Source: Methanomicrobiales archaeon
Lineage (GTDB): Archaea > Halobacteriota > Methanomicrobia > Methanomicrobiales > JACTUA01
DNA length: 61,181 bases
Assembly (NCBI GenBank): GCA_030019205.1
Contig: JASEFH010000017.1
Location: 1 to 61,181, forward strand
Direction: 5' to 3'
The position numbers and the translations under genes were made by a program. Under the pieces are notes generated by a model. That model was not told the DNA's origin. It did no database searches and saw only the letters and a list, made by a program, of their open reading frames with translations. Within the stretch, counting starts at the first letter, position 1. Every line of letters starts with the position of its first letter. This document shows positions 40,554-50,826 of this stretch, in pieces.

Positions 40554-41201
40554 ATGGACAGAAAGAGCGGGGATCAGAAGGAGCACAGGGGCCTGTTCGA
40601 CTCCATCTTCCCGAAGGAGTACGACTTCGAGGGCATGCTCGCCGAGCAGGCGGACCGCACGGTGGGCGGCGTCGAGTGCTTCCTGGACTGGCTGCGGGAG
40701 CGCCCCGCCGGGGAGCCGCGGGAGCTGGAGCGGCGGGAGGAGGAGGTGGACGACTTCCGCCACAGGCTGGAGGATCTGCTGACGGAGGCGTTCTTCACGC
40801 CCTTCGACCGCCAGGACCTCTACTACCTCTCGCGGCAGATGGACTACATCCTGAACTTCGCCACCGAGACCGCCCGCGAGATGCACGCCTTTGCAGTGCT
40901 GCCCGATGCGCCCATCCTGGGCATGGCGGAGGCGCTGCTGCGGGGGACGAAAAGCGTCACCGCGGGCGTGAAGGCTCTCCGATCGGACGGCAGGGCGGTC
41001 GAGCGGCGGGTGCAGGAGACCCGCGACGCGATCAACGCGATCGAGAACATCTACATCGCGGGCATGGCGGAACTGCTCCGGGACAGCGATGCGATGGAGG
41101 CGCTCCGCCGGCGGGAGATCTACCACCACCTGCGGGATGCCGGCAGAGCGCTGCGGGACACGGCCGACGTCCTCCACCGGGTGGCGGTCGGTCTCGGGTG
41201 A
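40554..41201 (+). CDS. DUF47 (PhoU-like) protein (second copy)
   Basis: Helical DUF47 pattern, 11 bp downstream of the PiT gene. Confidence 0.82.
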   Translation: MDRKSGDQKEHRGLFDSIFPKEYDFEGMLAEQADRTVGGVECFLDWLRERPAGEPRELERREEEVDDFRHRLEDLLTEAFFTPFDRQDLYYLSRQMDYILNFATETAREMHAFAVLPDAPILGMAEALLRGTKSVTAGVKALRSDGRAVERRVQETRDAINAIENIYIAGMAELLRDSDAMEALRRREIYHHLRDAGRALRDTADVLHRVAVGLG

Positions 41202-41272
41202 GTGCGTCATTTTTGCCCCCCTCTCCGGAACGTTTTTATCCCCCTCCTCCGACGCTTCCCGCGGTGAAAACA

Positions 41273-41728
41273 ATGGGATGCCATCACCATCGTCGAGCCC
41301 CGTCCCAGCGGGTGCTCGGGATCCGGCGGCGCGGGCACTATCGCCTGATCGACGGGTTGCTCCCGCAGATCTTTCAGTACGCGATGGAGAACGGGATCCC
41401 GGTTGCCGGAATGCCGGCCTTTCTCTGCCACGAATGCTCTCCCGAGGCGGCGCAGGAGGCGGACAGGAGCGGCACCGCCGATGTGGAGGTGATCGTCCCG
41501 ATCGCCGGCGATGCCCGCCCGAGCGGCGAGATCCGGGTTTACACGGTCCCCGGCGGCAGGATGGCCCGCGCCGTCCACCGGGGCCCCTGCGAGGGCTGCG
41601 AGTCGACCTTCCTCCGCCTCTTCTCGTGGCTGGCGGAGCGGGGGCCGATCCGGGAGGTCTACCTGAACGATCCCCGCGAGGTGCCGTCGGAGGAGATCGC
41701 GACCGGGATCTGCGTGCCGATCGGCTGA
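41273..41728 (+). CDS. GyrI-like small-molecule-binding domain protein
   Basis: About 150 aa matching the AraC-effector / GyrI-like fold pattern (…EVIVPI…VYTVPGGRMARAVHRGP…). Confidence 0.6.
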   Translation: MGCHHHRRAPSQRVLGIRRRGHYRLIDGLLPQIFQYAMENGIPVAGMPAFLCHECSPEAAQEADRSGTADVEVIVPIAGDARPSGEIRVYTVPGGRMARAVHRGPCEGCESTFLRLFSWLAERGPIREVYLNDPREVPSEEIATGICVPIG

Positions 41729-41752
41729 AACGGGTGACGGGCGATTCCGCAG

Positions 41753-42769
41753 TCACCGCAGTCCGTCCGGCCGCCCGGGGTGCACCCCCCGCCTTCGCAG
41801 GCGATGGTACAGGGACTCCGCCATCCGTCCCCGCAGGTTCCTGCGGGCGACGCGCAGGTACGGCCGCAGGTGCGGGTTGAACTGGCTCTTGAAGGTGCAG
41901 AGCTGGCGGGTGTTGGCGCCCACCAGCTCGAAGCGGGGATAGCCCTCCGCCTTCGCCTCCCGCAGGAGCTCCCAGATGAGCAGCTCGTTGCTGTGGTTCT
42001 CCGAGCGGGGCGTGCCCACCCAGACCTTCGCGTCGTTGTACTTGATCATGAGGACGGCACCGGAGATGGCATCCCCGTGGCGGGCATAGTAGAGGCTGAA
42101 GTTGCGGGGGAACGCGGCGGCGAGCCTCTCCAGGTAGCGCTGGCTCAAAATGCCGTTCGTGAGGCCCTGCTCCCTGTACCTCCGTTCCAGCATCGTGCAC
42201 AGCCGCGAGAGATCCGTGCCGCGGACGATCTCGATGCCGGAGCGGGAGGCCCTGCCGATCTTCTGTCTGCGGTCCTTGGAGAATCCGCTCCAGATCTCGG
42301 ACAGCGGACGGCCCAGGTCGATCTCGTAGGTGTAGGCGATCTCGACGCCGTACCCGCCCCACTGGAAGGGGCGGACGTCGATCACGCACGGCGGATTCGA
42401 GATGATCACGCTGCTCGGGGAGTAAGAGGCGATCTCGGCGATCACCTTCTCCCCGAGACTCCGCAGGACGCTCTCGCGTTTGTGCTGCTTCAGGTCCGCG
42501 AGGGAGGAGTCGAGGAGCAGTCCCAGGTAGGGTATGGCGGTTCTCGGGGGCGGCGAGAGGATGTACCCCAGTCCCGGCAGCGCGCGGTGGAAGAGGGGGA
42601 GGACGCCGATCATCTCCCGCCCCCGGTAGATGGCATACGGGAGCAGGCGGCAGCCGCTCTGCTCCTCCACGATCTTCAGAAAGTCCCAGCGATGGAAGAT
42701 CTCGCTGCCGGGATTCCTCTCCACGAAATCGTCCCACTCACCTCTGCCCCCTGCCAGTACGATCTCCAT
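41753..42769 (-). CDS. FemAB-like / BioF2-like GNAT acyltransferase
   Basis: Architecture fits a GNAT-fold peptidyl/aminoacyl transferase (…FHRWDFLKIVEE…LGANTRQLCTFKSQFNP…). Confidence 0.55.
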   Translation of the reverse strand: MEIVLAGGRGEWDDFVERNPGSEIFHRWDFLKIVEEQSGCRLLPYAIYRGREMIGVLPLFHRALPGLGYILSPPPRTAIPYLGLLLDSSLADLKQHKRESVLRSLGEKVIAEIASYSPSSVIISNPPCVIDVRPFQWGGYGVEIAYTYEIDLGRPLSEIWSGFSKDRRQKIGRASRSGIEIVRGTDLSRLCTMLERRYREQGLTNGILSQRYLERLAAAFPRNFSLYYARHGDAISGAVLMIKYNDAKVWVGTPRSENHSNELLIWELLREAKAEGYPRFELVGANTRQLCTFKSQFNPHLRPYLRVARRNLRGRMAESLYHRLRRRGVHPGRPDGLR

Positions 42770-42956
42770 TGTCCCCTCCAGCAGTCGCCGGATTCTAAAA
42801 GCAGAGGTTATTCTGCAGCATCTTCGCGACGGCGCATCGCGCTAGCACCATGCCGTAGGGGTTATATAAACGTATCTGCCCCGGAAGGGAGGCTGAATCC
42901 CTCCGTGAGACCTCTCGGACCCCCGACGGGCCCGAAGAGGCGGCAGCGATCCCCGT

Positions 42957-43985
42957 TCACCCGGAGACGGGGCGGAAAGTCTCCCAGAGGAGGAACACGA
43001 TCTCGATCGCGATCAGGAGGATGATGACGATCTCCAGGAAGTGGGAGTACTGGATGTTCACCTCGTCGGAGAGCATGCCGTAGTTCTCGCGGATCACGTC
43101 GATCCGCCGCTTCACGCTGGCGCGCCACTGGGAGATCCGCAGCACGTCGAGGGCGGCGGAGTAGACCCGCGCGTAGTAGACGTCCTCGGTGATCTTGATC
43201 AGGTTCTCCGCCTTCTCCGTGATCTCCGAGATGTCCGCCTGCGTCTCCAGGAGACGGGTCATGATGGAGTGGTACTGCCGCAGCCGCCGCCAGCGGGACG
43301 AGCGGTCCACGGACTCGATGTCGTCGTACATCCGCTCCATCTGCGCGGTCAGCACCCGGTCGTAGTGGCGCAGCTCCAGCGCCTCCACGTTGGCGAACTC
43401 GATCAGATCGGTCAGGTCCCCCACCGGCTCCGTGTCGATCAGCAGCGCGGTGTCCCAGGAGAGGATGGTCAGATCGCTGTCCCCGTAGGAGAGGGAGTGG
43501 CGGAGACTGTCGGCCCGGGTCTGGGGGCTGAACGTCCGCTCCTCTCCGAGCAGCAGCACCACCGGGTCGAGTGCCGGATCGGCGCGGTCGGCGATCAGGA
43601 TGGTATAGTCCTCGTAGAAGTCGGGATCGACCGGCAGTTCTCCCAGGTGGGGGCGCAGGATCTGGCGGATCTCCTCGAGCGATCGCAGGAACAGGGAGTC
43701 GAGGCCCCGCTGCCCCGCGAACGCCAGGGCTGCCGGGCGCAGGTCCGCAGCGGGAGCCGCCATATCCTCCAGGATGAAGCAGAGGCTGATCGCCCCGATA
43801 TCGTACACCCGCACCACGGCGGCGAGGGCGTACTCCCGCCCGTCCGCGGTCACCCGCGCCGGGGAGAGCCGCAGGAGGAGCGGGGGCACCTCCATCGTGA
43901 TCGATTTGGGCTTCACGCGGCTGAAGCTGGCGCGGGCGGTGGAGTGGTCGGTGTGCAGGGCCTGTTCGAGGCGGTTCAGGTCCAC
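42957..43985 (-). CDS. DUF155 (RMD1/YagE-like) protein with C-terminal TM helix
   Basis: About 340 aa with a conserved central region and the terminal hydrophobic helix IVIILLIAIEIVFLLW. Confidence 0.45.
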   Translation of the reverse strand: MDLNRLEQALHTDHSTARASFSRVKPKSITMEVPPLLLRLSPARVTADGREYALAAVVRVYDIGAISLCFILEDMAAPAADLRPAALAFAGQRGLDSLFLRSLEEIRQILRPHLGELPVDPDFYEDYTILIADRADPALDPVVLLLGEERTFSPQTRADSLRHSLSYGDSDLTILSWDTALLIDTEPVGDLTDLIEFANVEALELRHYDRVLTAQMERMYDDIESVDRSSRWRRLRQYHSIMTRLLETQADISEITEKAENLIKITEDVYYARVYSAALDVLRISQWRASVKRRIDVIRENYGMLSDEVNIQYSHFLEIVIILLIAIEIVFLLWETFRPVSG

Positions 43986-44361
43986 CTCGTCCCCTGCGTC
44001 GAAGATGCGGTAGAACCGTATGGCGTACGTCGTCGATCACCTGTTCTCCCCCCGGGGCGCTGCCGCCCGCAGGCGGGGACGATCACTCCGGTATGCCCGC
44101 CGGTCCTTAATGAGCGTTGTGCATCGCGTCCGGGGTCCGGCATGCAGGTTCCGCCTCCCCGGGCCCCTGAAGGATATTTATACGAGGATGCGACAGGGAG
44201 GGGCATGCACACCCTGCCACCCCCTCACAGGAGAGCCGCTCCCGAACCGCACGGATCGGTCCCGCCGCAGTTCCTGGAGCGGTTCCACACGGGGAACCCC
44301 CCGGAGGAGATTCCCGGAAACGACGCGCGAGTGTTCAGTGTGTCCAGGGCATGGGGCCGCG

Positions 44362-44853
44362 ATGGACGTCCATGACAGGATCAAGGTGTTTCTGGACATC
44401 CTGGACGATGAAGTCTTGAAGGACTTCCGGGAGGGGGATACCTGGGAGATCATCGTGAAGCGGGGGTATTTCATCGTCTCCCTCCGCCACAGGAAGGATA
44501 TGCCCTACGTCGACGTGGTCTTTCCGTCCCCCTTCAAGGAAGAGGAGTCCCTGCAGAAGCTGAACCTCTTCTTCTCCAACCCCCGGAACATGATCCGCCT
44601 GCTCTCCTACCTGACATCGCCCTACACCTCGTTCAACCTGATCAGGCGGGACGGGCGGTTCGGCGGGTTCACGGTGTCGACGAAGCTCTTCCCCTACGAG
44701 GAGGGCTTCTCGATCCAGAACCTGGACCACGCGATCAAGGCGGTCGTCAGCGCCGGGGCGCTGGGGTTCATGTACATCCAGATCTGCGCGGGGGACATCC
44801 CGATCGAGCAGCGGATCGTGGCCGAGGAGACGGCCGACCGCATGTTCCGGTAG
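44362..44853 (+). CDS. hypothetical protein (163 aa)
   Basis: ORF from MDVHDRIKVFLDILDDEV with good codon bias; no family recognised. Confidence 0.45.
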   Translation: MDVHDRIKVFLDILDDEVLKDFREGDTWEIIVKRGYFIVSLRHRKDMPYVDVVFPSPFKEEESLQKLNLFFSNPRNMIRLLSYLTSPYTSFNLIRRDGRFGGFTVSTKLFPYEEGFSIQNLDHAIKAVVSAGALGFMYIQICAGDIPIEQRIVAEETADRMFR

Positions 44854-45031
44854 CAGTCCGGGTGTGCCCCGCATCGGGGCACCGCGGCAGCGCGGGTATC
44901 CGCCCGCAAGTCCGGGATCCGCAACGCTTTTTCCCGAGGGTGCCCCAGAGGTATGGAAGCAGAGGACGGCAGGCGTTGGCATGCCCCCTCTCCGGGTTCC
45001 GCCCGCGCCTGCCGCAACGGAGACGGTCACC

Positions 45032-45505
45032 ATGGCACAACCAACCGAAGGAACGAACGTGCGGCTCGAGACCACGATGGGGAACATCACCGTCCGCCTC
45101 TATGCGGACATGCCGATCACCGCGGGCAACTTCGAGAAGCTGGCAAGAGAGGGGTTCTACAACAACACCATCTTCCACCGCGTCATCGACCGCTTCATGA
45201 TCCAGGGCGGGGACCCGACGGGTACCGGGATGGGCGGGCCGGGCTACACCATCCCGGATGAGTTCGGCAGCCGGCACCGCAACACCCGGGGGACCCTGGC
45301 GATGGCCAATACCGGCCGCCCGAACAGCGGCGGCAGCCAGTTCTTCATCAACACGGTGAACAACAGCCACCTGGACGGCAGGCACCCGGTCTTCGGCGAG
45401 GTGATCGAGGGGATGGACGTGGTGGACCGGATCAGCAGGGTGCGAACCGACAGGAACGACCGCCCCCTGCAGGATGTGACCATCGTCCGCGCGACAGTCC
45501 TCTGA
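45032..45505 (+). CDS. cyclophilin-type peptidyl-prolyl cis-trans isomerase
   Basis: FHRVIDRFMIQGGDPTGTGMGGPGY…GTLAMANTGRPNSGGSQFFI is the canonical cyclophilin signature. Start at MAQPTEG. Confidence 0.9.
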   Translation: MAQPTEGTNVRLETTMGNITVRLYADMPITAGNFEKLAREGFYNNTIFHRVIDRFMIQGGDPTGTGMGGPGYTIPDEFGSRHRNTRGTLAMANTGRPNSGGSQFFINTVNNSHLDGRHPVFGEVIEGMDVVDRISRVRTDRNDRPLQDVTIVRATVL

Positions 45506-45715
45506 CGGCGGCCCGGCAGCGCAGCCTCGTGCCCCGGCCTGCGGCGGCGGTCCGGATCCTGCCATCGCTTCCCGTCGGAGCGGGGCGGGAGCGCATCTCT
45601 CCCCCGCGAGGGCGACCCCTCTTCCCCCCGGATCTCGACAATGCTCTGCCGTTCCGTCCCCGTTCGTGAACCGGGCGGCTCCCCCCGCCCGCCGCTCCCC
45701 GCACGGGTGCCGATA

Positions 45716-45792
45716 CACACTTTTTATATATGGCTATCGAGATAGTAACACTGTCATGCTATATCATGGCATAGCGGTATGAGGATGAGTCC
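45716..45792 (+). promoter_or_regulatory. promoter region of the liv substrate-binding-protein gene, with a short inverted repeat
   Basis: cacactttttatatatggctatcgagatagtaacactgtcatgctatatcatggcatagcggtat has a TATA-like ttttatatat and the inverted repeat gctat-N8-atagc. Confidence 0.4.
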
Positions 45793-47106
45793 ATGAAGGC
45801 AAAACTGGCGATTTTGCTCATCTCTTGCATGATGCTCTCCCTCCTGATCGCCGGCTGCACGCAGCAGTCCGCGTCGGCGGAGGAGATCCGGATCGGGGTC
45901 GTGGCGTCCATGACCGGATCGGCGAGCACCACGGGGAAGGATATGTGGCAGTCGGCGGTGGTCGCGGCCGACGCGATCAATGCGGAGGGCGGGGTATTCG
46001 TCCGGGAGCTGAACCGGAAAGTCCCCATCCGCCTGATCCAGGGCGACGACGAGTCCACGCGGGAGGGCGGCATGAAGGCCGTGACCAAACTGATCACCGA
46101 GGACAAAGTCGACCTCCTGGTGGGCGGGTTCTCGAGCGCGGTCACCTCCGCGCACCAGTCGATCGTGGCGGATCACAAGGTCCCCTACATCATCACCGGC
46201 GCCTCGAGCCCGATCATCACCCGCAGGACCGACATCGACACGACCTACATGTTCCACCACTGCCCCACCACGGAGGACTACGGGGAGCAGACCATCCTGT
46301 TCGTCGACGAGGTGATGCGGCCCGCGATCAACCAGAGGTTCAACTTTGCCGACGACCGTCCCCTGCGGCTGGCGATCATCTACCAGGACAGTCCGTACGG
46401 GAAAGGGGTGGACGACGCCGTGAGGAGGACAATCACGGAGAAGAACCTGAACATCCAGATCGTCTCCGAACAGAGCTTCAAGATGGGCGAGAGCGACTTC
46501 CGGACCGTGCTGACCTCGGTAAAGGCGGCAAAACCCGATGTCATCTACCCGGCCGCCTTCATCAACGAGCAGACCGCGCTCGTCACCCAGGCGCGGCGCG
46601 ATGTCGGTCTGGACACGATCTTCCTCGCGGTCGAGTGCAACGATGACCCCGACTACTACAGGGGCGTGGGGAGGCACGGAGAGTACTCGATCATGGAGAG
46701 CCGGTTCAGCCCCTATGTGGTCCCGAAAGGGAACATCACGGACGCCGCCGTCGCGTTCAAGGAGAGTTTCAGGGCGCGGTGGAACGGGTTCCCGGGCATG
46801 ATGGGGGCGTCGACCTACGAGGGGATCTTCATCGCGAAACAGGCGATCGAGACGGCCGGCACGACGAACAAGGAGAAGGTGATGATGGCCCTGAAGGATC
46901 TGGAGATGCCGGAGATCGTGGAGGCGATGGAGGGCAGCACCATCCGCTTCTCGGAGGACTACCGGGAGAGCAAGTTCGCCCTCTACATGGAGCAGCTGAT
47001 CTGGGATCCCGCCCTGAACGAGCTGCGTCCGAAGATCGTCTGGCCCGACAGCCTCAAGGAGGCCGACTTCGTGCTCCCGGAGTGGTACCGCCCCGGGAGC
47101 CCCTGA
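45793..47106 (+). CDS. livK: branched-chain amino-acid ABC transporter substrate-binding lipoprotein (LivK/LivJ family)
   Basis: Lipoprotein signal (LLIAGCT) and a type I periplasmic-binding fold. Confidence 0.88.
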   Translation: MKAKLAILLISCMMLSLLIAGCTQQSASAEEIRIGVVASMTGSASTTGKDMWQSAVVAADAINAEGGVFVRELNRKVPIRLIQGDDESTREGGMKAVTKLITEDKVDLLVGGFSSAVTSAHQSIVADHKVPYIITGASSPIITRRTDIDTTYMFHHCPTTEDYGEQTILFVDEVMRPAINQRFNFADDRPLRLAIIYQDSPYGKGVDDAVRRTITEKNLNIQIVSEQSFKMGESDFRTVLTSVKAAKPDVIYPAAFINEQTALVTQARRDVGLDTIFLAVECNDDPDYYRGVGRHGEYSIMESRFSPYVVPKGNITDAAVAFKESFRARWNGFPGMMGASTYEGIFIAKQAIETAGTTNKEKVMMALKDLEMPEIVEAMEGSTIRFSEDYRESKFALYMEQLIWDPALNELRPKIVWPDSLKEADFVLPEWYRPGSP

Positions 47107-47140
47107 TCTCCCTTTGTAGCGGTTCGGTGGAGCGGCGCCG

Positions 47141-48022
47141 ATGACGAACGAACTCGAGGTCCTGATGCAGGTGCTGTTCTGGGGGGTCTACTCGGGCTGC
47201 ATCTACATCCTCCTGGCGACGGGCCTCAACCTGATCTTCGGGGTGATGAAGACCGTCAACTTCGCCCACGGGGAGTTCCTCATGCTCGGCGCCTACGTCA
47301 CCGCGACCATCTTCGCCCTGACCGGCTTCGATCCCTACAGCATCATCCTCCTCTCGATGGGGGTGCTGGCGCTCGTCGGGATCGCCACGGAGCGGCTCTG
47401 CTTCCGCTGCGTCCTCGGGAAGGGGAAGCTGAACGAGATCTTCCTCTCCCTCGGGCTGATCTACGTGTTCCAGAACGTGGCGGCCCTGATCTGGACGGAC
47501 GAGTGGCAGGGCATCCACAGCCCCTACGAGGCGATCACCATCCCGATAGGGGGTCTGCGGGTGCCGCTCGACTACTTCATCATCGCCGGGGTGACGATCG
47601 CCGTCCTTGCCGCCCTCTACTTCTTCCTGCGGCGGACTCCCACCGGGCGGGCGATGCGGGCGACGAGCCAGAACCGGAGAGGGGCGATGCTCGTCGGGAT
47701 CGACGTGGAGAAGATGGACATGATCAGCTTCGGGATCGGCACCGCCCTGGCGGCCGCGGCGGGAACCCTCTGGGTGGTCAGCGGGCAGGTCTTCAACCCC
47801 TACATGGGCTCGATACCCGCCGTGAAGGCGTTCGCGATCATCATCCTGGGCGGTCTCGGCAGCATCCCCGGGGCGATCATCGGCGGGCTGCTCTACGGGA
47901 TTGCGGAGAACGGGGCCGCCTTCTACCTGGGAGGGCCGTGGAAGGACGCCATCTCCTTCATCGTCCTGATCGTCGTATTGATCGTCCGCCCCACGGGGCT
48001 GTTCGGGGAGTCGGGTGAGTAG
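47141..48022 (+). CDS. livH: branched-chain amino-acid ABC transporter permease
   Basis: LivH-type permease. Confidence 0.88.
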   Translation: MTNELEVLMQVLFWGVYSGCIYILLATGLNLIFGVMKTVNFAHGEFLMLGAYVTATIFALTGFDPYSIILLSMGVLALVGIATERLCFRCVLGKGKLNEIFLSLGLIYVFQNVAALIWTDEWQGIHSPYEAITIPIGGLRVPLDYFIIAGVTIAVLAALYFFLRRTPTGRAMRATSQNRRGAMLVGIDVEKMDMISFGIGTALAAAAGTLWVVSGQVFNPYMGSIPAVKAFAIIILGGLGSIPGAIIGGLLYGIAENGAAFYLGGPWKDAISFIVLIVVLIVRPTGLFGESGE

Positions 48023-49018
48023 ATGCTGGAGAGGCTGCGGGATCCGCGCTGGATGCGGTATGCGCCCCATATCGCCGTGGCCACGGCGATCGCCCTGCCG
48101 TTCCTCTCGGGGATGAACCTCTACCTGATGAATGTCTGGATCCTGATGCTGATCTTCATCATCTTCGCCTCGTCCTGGAACCTCCTCGCCTACTCGGGGC
48201 AGGCGTCGCTCGGGCACGCCGCTTTCTTCGGCATCGGGGGCTACGTCTCGACGCTCGTCGCCCTCAACCTGGGGGTGAGCCCCTATCTCTCCATTCTCGT
48301 CGGCGGCGCGGTCTCGGCGATCGTCGGGGTGCTCCTCGGTCTCACCTGCGTGCGGCTGAAGGAGTGGTTCCTCGCCATGGTCACGTTCGGGTTCGCCATC
48401 ATCGTCCAGACGCTGGTCGTCAGCGTGCTCGCCCCCGTCAGCGGCGGCTGGGACGGGCTCTCGTCGCCCCGTCTGCTGGCGAGCAGCGTCCCCGGCTCCG
48501 CCCTCTTCGAGTACTACGCGATCCTCCTGGTCACCATCGGGTCGATCCTGCTGATCCACTTCATCTTCCGGTCCCGCCTGGGGCTCGCCTTTGCTGCGAT
48601 TCGCGAGAACGAGCTCGAGGCGCGGGTCTCCGGCGTGGATCCGGTGCGCTACAAACTGCTGGCGTTCGCCATCAGCGCCTTCCTGGCGGGCATCGCCGGC
48701 GCTCTCGAGATCCACCACTTCGGCTACGTCACCCCGGAGATCTACGGTGTGGATCTCTCGTTCTGGCCGGTGATCTACACCATCTTCGGGGGGCTCGGCA
48801 CCATTGCCGGACCCATCCTGGGAACGGTGGTCATCACGGTCCTCTGGGACGCCCTGAAGGACCTGGGGCTGACCTACGAGCGCTACATCGTCATCGGCGC
48901 CGTCCTGGTCTTCTCCGTGATATTCCTGCCCAAAGGGCTGGTCTCCCTGCCCGAGGCGATCTCCGCGTGGCGGCGGCGGAGACGGGGGCGGGTCCGCGGC
49001 GATCAGATGCCCAGGTAA
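48023..49018 (+). CDS. livM: branched-chain amino-acid ABC transporter permease
   Basis: LivM-type permease, adjacent to livH (TAG/ATG junction). Confidence 0.88.
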   Translation: MLERLRDPRWMRYAPHIAVATAIALPFLSGMNLYLMNVWILMLIFIIFASSWNLLAYSGQASLGHAAFFGIGGYVSTLVALNLGVSPYLSILVGGAVSAIVGVLLGLTCVRLKEWFLAMVTFGFAIIVQTLVVSVLAPVSGGWDGLSSPRLLASSVPGSALFEYYAILLVTIGSILLIHFIFRSRLGLAFAAIRENELEARVSGVDPVRYKLLAFAISAFLAGIAGALEIHHFGYVTPEIYGVDLSFWPVIYTIFGGLGTIAGPILGTVVITVLWDALKDLGLTYERYIVIGAVLVFSVIFLPKGLVSLPEAISAWRRRRRGRVRGDQMPR

Positions 49019-49698
49019 GCCCGCTGCACGTGCTCGTCGTGGAAGAGCTCCTTTGCCTTCCCCTCCAGGACGATCCTGCCGTTCTCCATCACGTAGCCGC
49101 GGTGGCAGAGGTCGAGCGCGTTCCGCACGTTCTGCTCGAGCAGCAGGATGGTCATGCCCTTCCGCCCCAGGCGCTCCAGCGAGCGGAAGACCTCCCCGAC
49201 GAGCCGGGGGGAGAGCCCCGTCGACGGTTCGTCCAGGACGAGCAGTCTGGGATTCGACATGAGCGCACGGGCGATCGCGAGCATCTGCTGCTCCCCGCCG
49301 CTCAGGGTGCCGGCCAGCTGACTCTCCCGCTCGCGCAGAACGGGAAAGAGCGCGTGGATGCTCTCGAGATCCCCGTCCCGCCCCCGACGGTCGATCGCCC
49401 CCAGGCGCAGGTTCTCGAGAACGGTCATCTTCGGGAATATCTCCCGTTTTTCGGGGACCAGGGCGAGCCCTTTCCGGAAGATGGCATGGGGGGGTTGTCC
49501 GAGGATCTCCTCGCCCAGGAACGTGACGCTCCCGGAGGCCTGCGGGTTCAGCCCGAAGATGGTCTCGACAAGGGTGGTCTTCCCGGCGCCGTTCGGCCCG
49601 AGGAGGGCCACGATCTCCCCCTCGTCGATGTGCAGGGCGAGATCCCAGAGGATCTGGAGACTGCCCCGGAACACGTTCAGACGGTCGAGCTCCAGCAC
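49003..49698 (-). CDS. livF: branched-chain amino-acid ABC transporter ATP-binding protein
   Basis: Walker A (GPNGAGKTT), signature (LSGGEQQ) and Walker B (LLVLDEP). Confidence 0.9.
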   Translation of the reverse strand: MLELDRLNVFRGSLQILWDLALHIDEGEIVALLGPNGAGKTTLVETIFGLNPQASGSVTFLGEEILGQPPHAIFRKGLALVPEKREIFPKMTVLENLRLGAIDRRGRDGDLESIHALFPVLRERESQLAGTLSGGEQQMLAIARALMSNPRLLVLDEPSTGLSPRLVGEVFRSLERLGRKGMTILLLEQNVRNALDLCHRGYVMENGRIVLEGKAKELFHDEHVQRAYLGI

Positions 49699-49708
49699 GC
49701 GAGACCCC

Positions 49709-50446
49709 CTACATGGCGTCCAGTTCGCCGAGGTAGGTCTCGATCACGCGCCGGTTGTTGATCACGTCGTGCGGCCGCCCTTCGGCGATCTTCTCCCCGT
49801 GGTCCAGGACCACGATCCTGTCGGAGACGCCCATGATCACCTGCATGACGTGCTCGATGATCAGGATCGAGGTCCCTGCGTCCCGGATCTCCCGGATGAG
49901 CTGGACCGCGTCCGCGCTCTCTCTGGGCGTCAGCCCGGTGGTCAGCTCGTCCAGGAGGAGGAGCCGGGGCTTCGAGGCCAGGGCGCGGGCGAGCTGCACC
50001 CTCTTCAGCTCCACGACGTTGAGGTGGCGGATCAGCGTCTCGTGCTTCTCGGGCGGCAGTCCGATCCGCTCGAGCAGTTCCTCCGCCTCCCGCCGCGCCT
50101 CCCCCATGCCGGGCGCCCTCGAGTTCCCGAAGAGGGAGCCGAGCATCACGCACTGCTTCGCGGAGAGCTCGGGAAAGAGGTGGACGAGCTGGAACGTCTT
50201 GGTGATGCCCTTCCGGCAGATCTGCTCGGGTTTCCAGCCGGTGAGGTCTTCGCCCTGGAAGATGACGGTCCCCGAGGTCGGCTGCGCGATCCCGGAGATG
50301 ATGTTGAGCAGCGTGGTCTTGCCCGCCCCGTTGGGGCCGACCAGCCCCAGGATCTCGTTCTCGTGCACCTCGAGACTGACGCCGTTCAGGGCGACGAGGC
50401 CGTTGATCTTCTTGGTGATCCCTTCCGCCCGCAGCAAGATCGACAC
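49709..50446 (-). CDS. livG: branched-chain amino-acid ABC transporter ATP-binding protein
   Basis: GPNGAGKTT, LLLDE and a LivG-type C-terminus. GTG start. Confidence 0.9.
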   Translation of the reverse strand: MSILLRAEGITKKINGLVALNGVSLEVHENEILGLVGPNGAGKTTLLNIISGIAQPTSGTVIFQGEDLTGWKPEQICRKGITKTFQLVHLFPELSAKQCVMLGSLFGNSRAPGMGEARREAEELLERIGLPPEKHETLIRHLNVVELKRVQLARALASKPRLLLLDELTTGLTPRESADAVQLIREIRDAGTSILIIEHVMQVIMGVSDRIVVLDHGEKIAEGRPHDVINNRRVIETYLGELDAM

Positions 50447-50457
50447 CGTGCCAGACT

Positions 50458-50469
50458 GTAGCTAGCTAC
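50458..50469. promoter_or_regulatory. 12-bp perfect palindrome GTAGCTAGCTAC in the livGF promoter / 5' region
   Basis: The palindrome sits 11 nt upstream of the livG GTG, and about 25-40 nt downstream of a TATA-like ccTTAATAAcc on the minus strand. Confidence 0.4.
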
Positions 50470-50826
50470 TAATTGACAGTGATGGTTATTAAGGTAACCC
50501 GATTCGGATCCGGGAGGTTTCCGGCGGAATCCCGGGCGGGTCCGCCCCGACCTGCCGCAGCCGTACTCGCGATGAAGGCAGAGTGCCAGGAACCGCTCCC
50601 TGCCGCCGCACCGAAGACGTGCTGACGCCCTCTCGATGTGCGAGGGCAGCCTGCGGCGATCCGTGCCGACGGTTGCACCTCCCTGCAGTACGCGAACCCG
50701 AACGTGCGGGACGGCGGAAGCTGCCTCGAGGGCGGCGGGGCAGGGTGGGGAAAGGGGTCCTCCATCACCCTCTGCTGTCCTCTCGAGCAACCCTGACGCC
50801 CGGGATGGTCCGCGGCAGCGGCGGGA

